A DNA stretch of 63,799 bases, counting the filler, from Chiloscyllium plagiosum (taxonomy: Eukaryota): the NCBI RefSeq assembly GCF_004010195.1. It is 3 parts of one record of this genome, joined end to end, with 100 filler letters (N's around TTAATTAATTAA, not from the genome) between each part and the next. Parts side by side here need not be neighbours in the genome. Positions count along the whole stretch, not along the records: positions 1 to 30,701 come from NC_057712.1; 2 more parts are not named here. The stretch is one strand, 5' to 3'. Each line of letters starts with the position of its first letter. Position 1 is the first letter of the stretch. Below, in pieces: positions 1-11,800 of this stretch. The position numbers and the translations under genes are program-made. The notes under the pieces were generated by a model that searched no databases, was not told where the DNA came from, and saw nothing but the letters and a program-made list of their open reading frames with translations.

Positions 1-49
1 GGCTAATGCCCGAAACGTCGATTCTCCTGTTCCCTAGATGCTGCCTGAC
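1..49 (+). mobile_element. Penelope-like pLTR fragment cut by the window edge
   Basis: GCCCGAAACGTCGATTCTCCTGTTCCCTAGATGCTGCCTGAC, the same motif as the other PLE copies. Confidence 0.75.
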
Positions 50-416
50 ATTCTGGTGTCCCTTGTGATCCTAAGAATGGGTCTGGTCACAACGTCACTC
101 CATATAGTTAGACTGTGCCATACCAGCTGTCCCTTGTAGAGAAACCTGTGTGGAAACCGCTTTTCACCGCAGGTCTACTAAGCATCATTAGCATTAGCGC
201 AATATCCAGAAAAAGGTCAGAAGTCACATGACATCAGGTTTTAGTCCAACAGGTACATTTCAAATCACAAGCTTTTGGAGCACTGTTCTTTCGTCAGGTA
301 ACATCAATACTAGCACCTCTACATCATGTTGAAAAAGGAGAGGGTGGGTCCTATCAAAGTTGAAACTTTATTGCTGGAACAGCACAGCAGGTCAGGCAGC
401 ATCCAGGGAACAGGAG

Positions 417-452
417 ATTCGACGTTTCGGGCACAGGCCCTTCTTCAGGAAT
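417..452 (-). ncRNA. Minimal type I hammerhead ribozyme motif (PLE type)
   Basis: Reverse complement reads AUUC-CUGAAGA-A-GGGC-CUGU-GCCC-GAA-ACGU-C-GAAU: stem I AUUC/GAAU, stem II GGGC/GCCC, palindromic ACGU in place of stem III. Confidence 0.72.
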
Positions 453-627
453 GGGCAGAGAGTGTTCAGCAGGAGAAGATAAAAGGTAGGGAGGAGGGAC
501 TTGGAGGAGGGGCGTTGGAAATGTGATAGGTGGAAAACCTATCACATTTCCTATCACATTTCCAACGCCCCTCCTCCAAGTCCCTCCTCCCTACCTTTTA
601 TCTTCTCCTGCTGAACACTCTCTGCTC

Positions 628-663
628 ATTCCTGAAGAAGGGCCTGTGCCCGAAACGTCGAAT
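628..663 (+). ncRNA. Minimal type I hammerhead ribozyme motif (PLE type)
   Basis: ATTC CTGAAGA A GGGC CTGT GCCC GAAACGTC GAAT; intact core and GUC cleavage triplet. Confidence 0.72.
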
Positions 664-1442
664 CTCCTGTTCCCTGGATGCTGCCTGACCTGCTGTGCTG
701 TTCCAGCAATAAAGTTTCAACACTGTTCTCTGTAATAAAAATACTCAGTTTAAACTTGAATAAAAACATTTAGTTTTCCTACAGCAGTTGTTATGAGCTG
801 TTACATATGAATTCTAACATTAGTAACATTTTTCAAGTCAATAAGCCTCTCTGTACTTCTTGCAAGCTAGTGGAACCTTCCAGAGAAAAACAACTGAACA
901 CCAAGGACCTGGCTAATTGAAGAAGGATATTGGAGCGTAAAACCAAATATCACTGAAGTGACTTCCAAGAGTTTTCTACCTCAAATATTTATATTGTCCA
1001 ATTGTTGATCTGTAAGTGGGAGTTTATAGAAAGATTAGAGTTTTAGTCAGGAGTGGTAAATGCCAATGGCTTATGTACCTATAATAAGTGATCATTATAG
1101 GTCAGTACAGAAACCCGCTCCATGCTTTCTATTGGGTAAATTTGGGTACTGTGCACACTTAAAAAAAAAACATTTTAAGATTTGGTATGACTCTGAGAAT
1201 GATGGGGCTTAATTTATAGCATGCTATCCCAGTGGATTGTAACAATATTACAAAATCAAAGTGACACTGGAGCAGCTAAAACTGACTTAGAGTTGGTGAA
1301 AGTGTCCGAGACAGTTTTACAAGAGTTTACAGGACTAAGTTTTAGAATTGTGAAGGGGTGAAAGTGGAGGTGCCTGAAAAGGCTAAGAAAGCAAAGATAA
1401 TTGAAGACTTGTCACTGCATTTGTGATTGGTGGGAATATATT

Positions 1443-2460
1443 AGACCATAAGACATAGGAGTGGAAGTAAGGCCATTCAGCCCATCGAGTCCACTCCGCC
1501 ATTCAATCATGGCTGATGGGCATTTCAACTCCACTTACCTGCACTCTCCCTATAGTCCTTAATTCATTGCGAGATCAAAATTTATCAATCTCTGCCTTGA
1601 AGACATTTAACGTCCCGGCCTCCACTGCGCTCCGTGGCAATGAATTCCACAGGCCTACCACTCTCTGGCTGAAGAAATATCTCCTCACTTCCATTCTAAA
1701 TTGACCCCTCTAATTCTAAGGCTGTGCCCACGGGTCCTAGTCTCCCTGCTTAAAGGAAACAAAATCCTAGAGTCCACCCTTTCTAAGCCATGCATTATCT
1801 TGTAAGTTTCGATTAGATGTCCCCTCAACCTTCTAAACTCTAATGAATACAATCCCAGGATCCTTAGCTGTTCATCGTATGTTAGGCTTACCATTCCAGA
1901 GATCATCCGTGTGAATCTCCGTTGAACACGCTCCAGTGCCAATATGTCCTTCCTGAGGTGTGGGGTCCAAAATTGGACATAGCATTCTAAATGGGGCCTA
2001 ACTAAGCTTTATAAAGTCTCAGTAGCATATTGCTGCTTTCATATTCTAACCGTCTTGAGATAAAAGACAACATTACATTTGCTTTCTTAACCATGGACCC
2101 AACCTGCAAGACAACCTTTAGAGAATCCTGGACTAGCACTCCCAGATCCCTTTGTACTTTGGCTTTATGAATTTTCTCACCGTTTAGAAAATAGTCCATG
2201 CCTGTATACTTTTTTCCAAAGTACAAGACCTTGCATTTGATCACGTTGAATTTCACCAGCCATTTCATGGACCACTTTCCTAAACTGTCTAAACCTTTCT
2301 GCAATCACCTTTTATCCCAACTCTCTGCCTTCTGTTGGACAGCCAGTCTTCGATCCATGCCAGTAGCTCACCTCGAACATCATGAGCCCTCACCTTACTC
2401 CGCAGCCTTCTGTGAGGCACCTTATCAAAGGCCTTTTGGAAGTCTTGGTAGATAACATCC
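1443..2460 (-). mobile_element. CR1-clade LINE, 5'-truncated
   Basis: Minus-strand ORF remnants ALERVQRRFTRMI, EFRRLRGHLIETYKI and QRDLGVLVQDSLK; short 3' tail repeat near 1443. Confidence 0.9.
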
Positions 2461-2889
2461 ATATATATAGGACCAGTTACTCCAAATTGTTAATCATCAG
2501 AAATAGCTATAATTAGGTTATAGTTAAAACAGCTTTTCTTTATTCACTCAATGGGTGTGGGCGTCACTAGCTGGCCTGCATTTACTGTCTGCCCCTACCC
2601 CTGACAAGATAGTGGAGCTGCCTTCTTGAATTGCTGCAGTCCATGTGCTGTAAGTAGGCCCTTAGGCAAGAAATTCCAAGAATTTGACCCAGTGACAGTG
2701 AAGGAACATTGATATTTTTCAAAGTCAAAATAATAAGTGGCTTGGAGGAGAACTCACAAGTGTTGGTGTTTCCCTGTATCTATTGCCCTTGTCCTTCTAG
2801 ATGATAGTGATCATGGATTTGGAAGGTGCTGTCCAAGGATTCTTGATGAATAACTGAAGATTAAGAGTTGATACATAATATCTTTTTTC

Positions 2890-4070
2890 ATTTGAATTGA
2901 TTTGATTTGATTTATTATTGTCACATGTACCTAGATACAGGGACAAGTTTTGTTTTGCGTGCAGTACAGGCAGATCATAACATACAAAGGTCATGGGTGA
3001 TTGAACAGAGCGAGGAATATGAAGTTACAGCTGCAAAGAAGGTCAACATTAGATTTGAAATTTGAGGGGTCCATTCAGAAGTCTAATAACTGTGGAGAAG
3101 AAGCTATTCTTGAATTTGTTGATACATGCGTTTCGAGACAAAAAAAAAAGTTTAAGCTTTTGTATCTTCTGCTTGATGGAAGAGGTTGGAAGAGGTTTTT
3201 ACCGGGGTGGGAGGGGCCTTTGATAATGTTGCCTGCCTTTCCCAGGTAGCAGGAACTGTGGGTGGAATCAACCATTGGATGGTTGGATTGCTTGATGGAT
3301 TAAGCTGTGTTTCTTACAGTCCTGGGAAGAGCAGTTTCTGTACCAAGCCATGATGCATCTAGCTAGAATGCATTCTATGGTGGATCTGTAAGAGTTGGTG
3401 AGAGTCTTTCTGTACATGCTGACTTTCCTTAAACTCCTAAAGAAGATGTGTGGTTGTGCCTTCTTGACTGTCACCTCAATGTGGGTGGTCTAAGACAGTT
3501 TGTTGGTGATCGCCACTCCTAGGAACTTGAAACTGTCAACCCCTCCACCTCAGCTCCATTGATGTAGGTAGAGGAGTTCCCTCCTCCTTACTTATTGAAA
3601 TCAACTATTAGCTCTTTAGTTTTGCTGATGTTGAGGGAAAGGTTGTTAACTTTACACCACAGTACCAAACAATCATTCCCTTTCCTGTATTCTGTATCAT
3701 CATTGTTTGATAGTGGTGTCCTCAGCAATCTTGTAGACGGAGTTCAGATGAAATTGGCCACACAGTCATGTGTATTGGAGTACCATAAGAGGATGAGTAT
3801 GCATCCTTGTAGGGCGCTAGTGTAGAGGAATGTCGTTGAGGGGCTGTTGCTTATTGTCACTGTAGTCTGTGAGTCAGGATCGAGAATCCATTTGCAGAGG
3901 ATGGGACAGAGACCTTGGTTTTGGAGGTTGGGATTAGCTTGGTTTGGAATTATAGTGTTGAAGGCAGAGCTACAGTCAATAAGTAGAAGCCTTATGTAGG
4001 TATCTTTACTATCCAGATATTCTAGGGATGAGTGTAAGGCTAGGGAGATCTCATCTGCCATGGACCTGCA
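2890..4070 (-). mobile_element. Rex1/Babar-like LINE, degenerate
   Basis: RT remnant DEISLALHSSLEYLDSKDTYIRLLLIDCSSAFNTIIP; C-terminal TIECILARCIMAWY; (GATTT)n tail near 2895. Confidence 0.75.
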
Positions 4071-4074
4071 AGAG

Positions 4075-5650
4075 GAAAAATGTTGTGAAATTTGAAAGGA
4101 TTCAGAAAAAAATTGCAAGGATGTTGCCAAGACTGAAGGGTTTGAGCTAAGGGTAGAGGCTGAATAGGCTGGAGCTATTTTCCCTGGACTATCAGAGGCT
4201 GAGGGGTGACTTTGTAGAAGTGTGTAACATCATGAGGAGCCTTGATGGGGTGAACAGCCCAGATCTTTTCCCCAGGTTAGAGGAATCGAAAACTGGTGAG
4301 CATAAGTTTAAGATGAGAGGGGAAAGATTTAAAAGGCACCTCAGGGACAATTTTTTAATGCAGATAGTGGTGCATGCATAGAATGAGCTGCCAGAGGAAA
4401 TGGTGGAAGCTACTGCAATTACAGCATTTAAAAGGCACCTGGATGGGTATTTGTATAGTGTCATAGAGCCATAGAGTCCTACAGCACGGGAACAAGACAT
4501 GCTGTTTGGCTCAAAATGTCCATTCTCACTAACCCCATTTCCCTGCACTTGGCCCATATCCTTCCAAACTTTTCCTATTCATGTTTTTGTCCTAATGCCT
4601 TTTAAATGTTTTTAATGTACCCACCGCAACCAATTCTGCTGGTAGCTCATTCTGTCAGTGTACCACCCTCTATGTGAAAACGTTGCCCCTCAGGTTCCCT
4701 TTTATTCTTTCCTATCTAACCTTAAATTGATGCCCTCTAGTCCTTGATTCCCTAACCCTGGGAAAAAGACTGAGTGCATTCATCCTTTCTATGCTTCTCA
4801 CGATCTTACACACTTCTACAACAACTCCCCTTAGTCTCCTAATGTCTAAAGAAAACAGTCCGAGCTTGTTCAAACTTTCCCTATAACTCAGAATGTTGAG
4901 ACCTGCCAACATTCTTGTATATTTCTTCTGCACTCTTTCCAGTTTAATAACATCCTTCCCATAGCAAGATGACCAAAACTGAGCACAATACCCCTCACCA
5001 ACATCCTGTACAACTGCAATATAATTTCCCAACTTCTATACTCAATGCCCTGACTGATGAAGGTCAGTGTGCCAAAAGCCGTCTTCACTCCACTTTAAGA
5101 GAACCATGCACCTGAACCATACCCCCAAAATTTCTTCTCTAGCCTCTTGCAATGTTCTTAGAAATATCTGGTCACAACCAGAAGATTTATTCACCTTCAT
5201 AATTCTAATACATCCAACACCTCCTCTACTGTAATATGAACAGTCCCAAGTTATCATCACTAACTTCCCCAAGTTCACCAGTCTTCATGTCTTTTCCCAT
5301 GGGAAACACCGAGGAGAAATATTCATTGAGTACCTTACCCATCTCCTGCGGTTCTACACATACATGTCCACTTTGGTCCTTGTGGGGTCCTGTTTTCTCT
5401 CTCTCTAGTTATACTGTTTTCCTTTAATGTACTTGAAGAATCTCTTTGGATTCACCCTAATCTTCTCAGCCAAGGTTATCTCATGCCCCCTTTTTCCCTC
5501 TTGATTTCCTTCTTCGTTGGAAGAGTTCAGAGGGATATGAGCCAAATGCTGGCAAATGGGACTAGATTAATTTAGGATATCTGGTTAGCATGGATGAGTT
5601 GGATTGAACAGTTTGTTTCCATGCTGCACATTTTTATGACTCTATGACCT
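4075..5650. mobile_element. CR1 LINE fragments (plus 4075-4450 and 5520-5650, interrupted by minus 4455-5515)
   Basis: KDVIKLERVQKKYTRML on minus; CR1 3' sequence (AGGCTGAGGGGTGAC, GAATGAGCTGCCAGAGG) on plus. Confidence 0.8.
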
Positions 5651-6470
5651 GTTGTGCTAATAGACAATTGCAAGGGCCCGAGGAAGGTTGGGAAGCATCG
5701 AGTTGATGTGAGCCATGACTAGTGTCTCAAAGTGCTTCATGATTATGCAAGTCAGAGCCACCGGGTGGTAGTTCTGGAGACATGTTGCATGTGATTTCTT
5801 TGACATTGGGATGATGGTGGTCTTCTTGAAGCAGGTGGGGACTTAAGATTATAGAAAGGAGAGGTGAAAGATGTCTGTGAAATCTCCCACCAGCTGGTCT
5901 GCAGAGGATCTGACTGAATGGCTGGGCACTCCATCTGGGTGAGTCGCTTTTTGTGGGTTCACTGTCAAAAAAGGCCAATCTAATGTCTGCGCAGTGACTG
6001 AGGGAACAGGTGCGATTGGGGCTGTCGGGGCAGGTAGGTGACAGCATTTCATTGACCTTCTGCTTGAACTATACGTAAAATGCATTGAGCACATCAGGGA
6101 GGGATGTATTTTTGTCTACTATTCTATTCTGCTTCATTTTGTAGTCTGTTAAGTCAGATAGGCCATGACACAGACAGGAGATGTCCCTGGGTCTCTAACG
6201 TGCCTAGTACTGCCTCTTGACTTCTCTAACGGCCCTGCAGGGGCCGTATCTGGATTTCTTGTAAAGGTCCGGGATGTCTGACTTGAACACCGCACACCCT
6301 GGTCTTCAATAGGCAATGGATTTCCCGGTTCATCCATGGTTTCTGCTTGGGGAACATCTAATTGACTTCTTTGGCACTCAGTCCCCACACACTTGCTAAT
6401 GAAGTCCGTGATGGTCATACTTGCCGAGATTAGTTGCTGAATTCTTGAATATGGACCAGTCCACCAATTC
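5650..6470 (-). mobile_element. Rex1/Babar-like LINE fragment
   Basis: Minus remnants VNPQKATHPDGVP..RSSADQLVGDFTDIFHLS and TITDFISKCV. Confidence 0.65.
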
Positions 6471-6474
6471 CAAG

Positions 6475-7730
6475 CAGTGCCTCAGACCATCATTTCCCTA
6501 CTGAGTCCATCTTCCGTAATTACACTGGCACCACTCCCCACCTCTTCCTCCGCTAGATTGATGACTGCATTGGCGCCACCTCGTGCTCCCGCAAGGAGAT
6601 TGAGCAATTCATCAACTTCACCAACACATTCCACCCTGACCTTAAATTTACCTGGACCATCTCTGACACCTCCCTCCCCTTCCTGGACCTCTCCATCTCC
6701 ATTAATGATGACCGACTTGACACCAACAGTTTTTACAAACCCACCTCTTCCCACTCTACCTCCTGCAAAAATGCCATTCTTTTTCCCAATTCCTTCGCCT
6801 CCGCCGTATCTGTTCCCAGGAGGACCAGTTCCACCACATAACACACCAGATGGCCTCCTTCTTTAGAGACTACAATTTCCCTTCCCACATGGTTAAAGAT
6901 GCCCTCCAACCAATCTCGTCCACATCCCACACCTCCGCCCTCAGACTCTCCAAACGTAACAATGACAGAACGCCCCTGGTGCTCACCTTCCACCCTACCA
7001 ACCTTCGCATAAACCAAATCATCCGCCGACATTTCCGCCACCTCCAAACAGACCCCACCACCAGGGATATATTTCCCTCCCCACCCCTTTCNNNNNNNNN
7101 NNNNNNNNNNNNNNNNNNNNNNNNNNNNNNNNNNNNNNNNNNNNNNNNNNNNNNNNNNNNNNNNNNNNNNNNNNNNNNNNNNNNNNNNNNNNNNNNNNNN
7201 NNNNNNNNNNNNNNNNNNNNNNNNNNNNNNNNNNNNNNNNNNNNNNNNNNNNNNNNNNNNNNNNNNNNNNNNNNNNNNNNNNNNNNNNNNNNNNNNNNNN
7301 NNNNNNNNNNNNNNNNNNNNNNNNNNNNNNNNNNNNNNNNNNNNNNNNNNNNNNNNNNNNNNNNNNNNNNNNNNNNNNNNNNNNNNNNNNNNNNNNNNNN
7401 NNNNNNNNNNNNNNNNNNNNNNNNNNNNNNNNNNNNNNNNNNNNNNNNNNNNNNNNNNNNNNNNNNNNNNNNNNNNNNNNNNNNNNNNNNNNNNNNNNNN
7501 NNNNNNNNNNNNNNNNNNNNNNNNNNNNNNNNNNNNNNNNNNNNNNNNNNNNNNNNNNNNNNNNNNCTATTGTACTCTATGCTACTTTCTCCCCACCTCC
7601 ACCCTCCTCTCATTTATCTCTCCACCCTTCAGGCTCTCTGCCTGTATTCCTGATGAAGGGCTTTTGCCCGAAACATCGATTTTACTGCTCCTCGGACGCT
7701 GCCTGAACTGCTGTGCACCACTAATCCAGG
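6475..7730 (+). mobile_element. Penelope-like element, RT through 3' pLTR, with internal N gap 7092-7566
   Basis: From about 6555 reads *IDDCIGATSCSRKEIEQFINFTNTFHPDLKFTWTISDTSLPFLDL (YIDD motif with the Tyr codon mutated to TAG); later RTPLVLTFHP; hammerhead-like CTGATGAAGGGCTTTTGCCCGAAACATC near 7650-7677. Confidence 0.85.
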
Positions 7731-7734
7731 AATT

Positions 7735-8400
7735 ACTGACTCAACCTGCAAGTTTACCTTCAGAGAAACCTGGACTAGGACTCCTAAGTCACTTTGCACT
7801 TCCGATTTCTGAATTTCCTCCCCGCTTAGAAGGTAGTTCATGCCTCTCTTCTGTCTACCAAAGTGCATGACCTCACACTTTCATCTGCCACTTCTTTGCC
7901 CACTCTCCTCATCTGTCTAAATCTTTCTGCAGCCTTCCCACCACATCAACACTACCTGTTCCTCCACCTATCATTGTATCATCTGCCAACTTAGCCAGAA
8001 GGCCCTCAGTTCCTTAATTCAAGTTATTAATGTGTAAAGTGAAAAGCTGTGGTCCCAACACTCACACTTGTGAAGCACTACTAGTCACTGGCTGCCATCC
8101 TGAGAAGTTATCCCCACTCTCTGCCTTCTGCCAGACAGCCAATCTTCTATCCATGCTAGTACCTGACATCTAACACCATGACTCTTATTGTAATCAGCAG
8201 ACTCCTGTGTGGCACCTTATCAAAGGACTTCTGGAAATCTAGATAGATTTCATCCATTCATTCTCCTTTGTCTAACCTGATCATTACCTCCTCAAAGAAT
8301 TCTAACAGATTTGTCAGGCATAACCTCCCCTTGATGAAACCATGCTTACTTTGCCCTATTTACCATACACTTCCAAGTATTCAGAAATCTCATCCTTTAT
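7735..8400 (-). mobile_element. CR1 LINE RT fragment
   Basis: MHFGRQKRG..EVQSDLGVLVQVSLKV on minus. Confidence 0.8.
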
Positions 8401-8821
8401 ACTGGACATTCCGTCTCAAGTGCATTTGGGGGTGTATATTTCATCCAGAACAGTTTTCACTTCTGCATGAGGTGATATGTAACCTGCTGTCGTATTAGGA
8501 TATCCTTTATTGTCACACGTACTCAAGCATGGAAGTACAGGAATACAGTGAAAAATTTACAATGTCACCACATATAGTGCTATCTTAAATTCAAACTACC
8601 TAAGTACAGATCTTGGGTACAAAATAAAGAGAGAAAGGGAAAAGAAAGGAAAAAAACGGGACATTACCGACAGTTGTGCTTAGTACTACAAAAAAGTTTT
8701 AAAAAGCTTCTTACATTTCTCCGTAGACCAGTGCAGGGACTTCTACATGTGGTCAGCACTTGCTCGGGAGCTGCTCGCCGACCACACCAGTCCCAGTCCA
8801 AAACCATCTCCGCTCCACTAG

Positions 8822-11800
8822 GGCTTCCAGCCCACTGGCTGCCCCTGCTCCATGAGAGCCTCTGGCCCACTGACAGTCCCTGCACCATGTGAGCCTTCAG
8901 CCCACTGACCGTCCCTGCTCCATGTGAGCCTCCAGCCCACTGGCTGCCCCTGCTCCATGTGAGCCTCTGGCCCACTGACCTTCCCTGCACCATGTGAACC
9001 TTCAGCCCACTGACCTTCCCTGCTCCATGTGAGCCTCCAGCCCACTGGCTGCCCCTGCTCCATGTGAGCCTCTGGCCCACTGACCTTCCCTGCACCATGT
9101 GAACCTTCAGCCCACTGACTGTCCCTGCTTCATGTGTGCCTCCAGCCCACTGGCTGTTCCTGTTTCCATGTGAGCCTCCAGCCCACTGACCGTCCCTGCT
9201 CCATGTGAGCCTCCAGCCCATTGACCATCCCTGCATCATGTGAGCCTCCAGCACATTGACCGTCGCTACTCCATGTGAGCCTTCAGCCCACTGGCTGTCC
9301 CTGCTCGATGTGAGCCTCCAGCCCACTGACCGCCCCTGCTCCATGTGAGCCTCCCACCCACTAGCTGTCCCTGCTCCATGTGAGCCTCCAGCCCACTGGC
9401 TATCCCTGCTCCATGTGAGTCTCCAGCCCACTGGCTGTCCCTGCTCCATGAGATCCTCCAGCCCTCGGCTGTCCCTGCTCCATGTGAGTCTCCAGCCCAC
9501 GGCCGTCCCTGCTCCATGTGAGCCTCCAGCCTACACGCCGTCCCTGCTCCATCTGAGCCTGCAGTCCACTGGGTATTCCTGCTCCATGTGAGCCTCCAGC
9601 CCGCTGTACATTTCAGTTGCATGTGAGCCTGCAACCCACTGACCGACCCTGCTCCATGAGAGCCACTAGCCCACTACCATTGCTGCTCCATCTGAGCCTC
9701 AAGCCCACTGGCAGTCCCTGCTCCATGTGAACCTCCAGTCCACTGACCATCCCTGCTCAATGTGAGCCTCCAGCCCACTGGCCATCCCTGCTCCATGTGA
9801 GCCGCCAGCCCACTCACCGTCCCTGCTCCATATGAGCCACCAGCCCATTGACAGTCCCAGCACCATGTCAGCCTCCAGCCCACTGACCATCCCTGCTCCC
9901 TGTGAGCCTCTAGCACACTGACTGTCCCAGCTCCATGTGAGCCTCTAGCCCACTGACTGTCCCTGGTCCCTGTGAGCCCCAGTCCATTGACCGTCCCTGC
10001 TCCTCATGAGCCTCTAGCCCACTGACTGTCCCTGCTCCATGTGAGCCTCTAGCCCACTGACTGTCCCTGCACAATATAAGCTGCCAGCACTCTGGCCGTC
10101 CCTGCTCCATGTGAAACTCCAGCCCACTGGCTGTCCCTGCTCCATGTTAGCCTCCAGCCCACTGGCTGACCCTGCTCCATCTGAGTCTCCAGCCCACTGG
10201 ACGTCCCTACTCCATGTTAGCCTCCAGCCCACTACACGTCCCTGCTCCATCTGAGTCTCCAGCCCACGGCTGTCCCTGCTCCATGTTAGCCTCCAGGCCC
10301 CTGGCCGTCCCTGCTCCATGTGAACCTCCAGCCCAATGACCATCCCTGCTCCATCTGAGTCTTCAGCCAACTGGCTGTCCCTGCTCCATATGAGCCTACA
10401 GGACACTAGATGTCCCTGTTCCATCTGAGTCACCAGCCCACGGCCATCCCTGCTCCATCTGAGAGTCCAGCCCACTGGCTGTCCCTGCTCCCTGTGAGCC
10501 TCGAGCCCATTGGCTGTCCCTGCTCCATGTGAACCTCCAGCCCACTGGCTGTCCCTGCTCCAAGTGAGCCTCCAGCCCAATGACCGTCCCTGCTCCATCT
10601 GAGTCTCCAGCCAACTGGCAGTCCCTGCTCCATATGAGCCTCCAGGACACTAGATGTCCCTGTTCCATTTGAGTCACCAGCCCACGGCCGTCCCTGCTCC
10701 ATCTGAGAGTCCAGATCACTGGCTGTCCCTGCTCCCTGTGAGCCTCCAGCCCACTGGCTATCCTTGCTCCATGTGAACCTCCAGCCCACTGGCTGTCCCT
10801 GCTCCAAGTGAGCCTCCCGCCAACTGACCGTCCCTGCTCCATGTGAACATCCAGCCCACTGGATGTCTCTGCTCCATGTCAGCCTCCAGCCCACTGGCCG
10901 TCTCTGCTCCATGTGAGCCTCCAGCCCACTGGCCGTCCCTGCTCCATGTGAGCCTCCAGCCCACTGGATGTCCCTGCTCCATGTGAGCCTCCAGCCCATT
11001 GGCCGTCCCTGCTCCATGTGAACCTCCATCCCACTGACCATCCCAGCTCCATGTGACCCTCCAGCCCACTGACCGTCCCTGCTCTATGTGAGCCTCCAGC
11101 CCACTGAATGTGCCTGCTCCATGTGAGCCTCCAGGCCACTGACCGTCCCTGCTCCATGTGAACCTCAGACCCACTGACTGTCCCAGCTCCATGTGAGCCT
11201 CCAGCCCACTGGCCATCCCTGCAACATGTGAGCCTCCAGCCTACTGAACATCGCTGCCCCATCTGCGCCTCCAGCCCATTGACCATCTCTGCATCATTTG
11301 AGCCTCCAGCACATTGACCGTCGCTGCTCCATGTGAGCCTCCAGCCCACTGACCGGCCCTGCTCCATGTGAGCCTCCAGCCCACAGGCCGTCCCTGCTCC
11401 ATGTGAGCCTCCAGCCAACTGATCGTCCCTGCTCCATGTAAGCCTCCAACCCACTAGCTGTCCCTGCTCCGTCTGATCCTCCAGCCCACAGGATGTCCCT
11501 GATCCACACGAGCCTCCAGCCCACTGGCCATCCCTTCACCATCTGAGCCTCCAGCCCACTGGCTGTCCCTGCTCCAAGTGAGCCTCCAGACCACTGACCA
11601 TCCCAGCTCCATGTGAGCCTGCAGCTTACTGGCTGTCCCTGCTCCATGTGAGCCTCCAGCCCACTGGCGTTCCCTGCTCCATGTGAGCCTCCAGCCCACT
11701 GGCGTTCCCTGCTCCATGTGAGCCTCCAGCCCACTGGCCGTCCCTGCTCCATGTGAGCCTCCAGCCCACAGAACGTCCCTGCTCCGTGAGCCTCCAGCCC

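Larger units (their letters stand above)
360..720. mobile_element. Penelope-like fold-back element (inverted pLTR pair)
   Basis: 360-531 is the near-perfect reverse complement of about 550-720. The centre has a tandem duplication of CTATCACATTTC. Confidence 0.88.
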
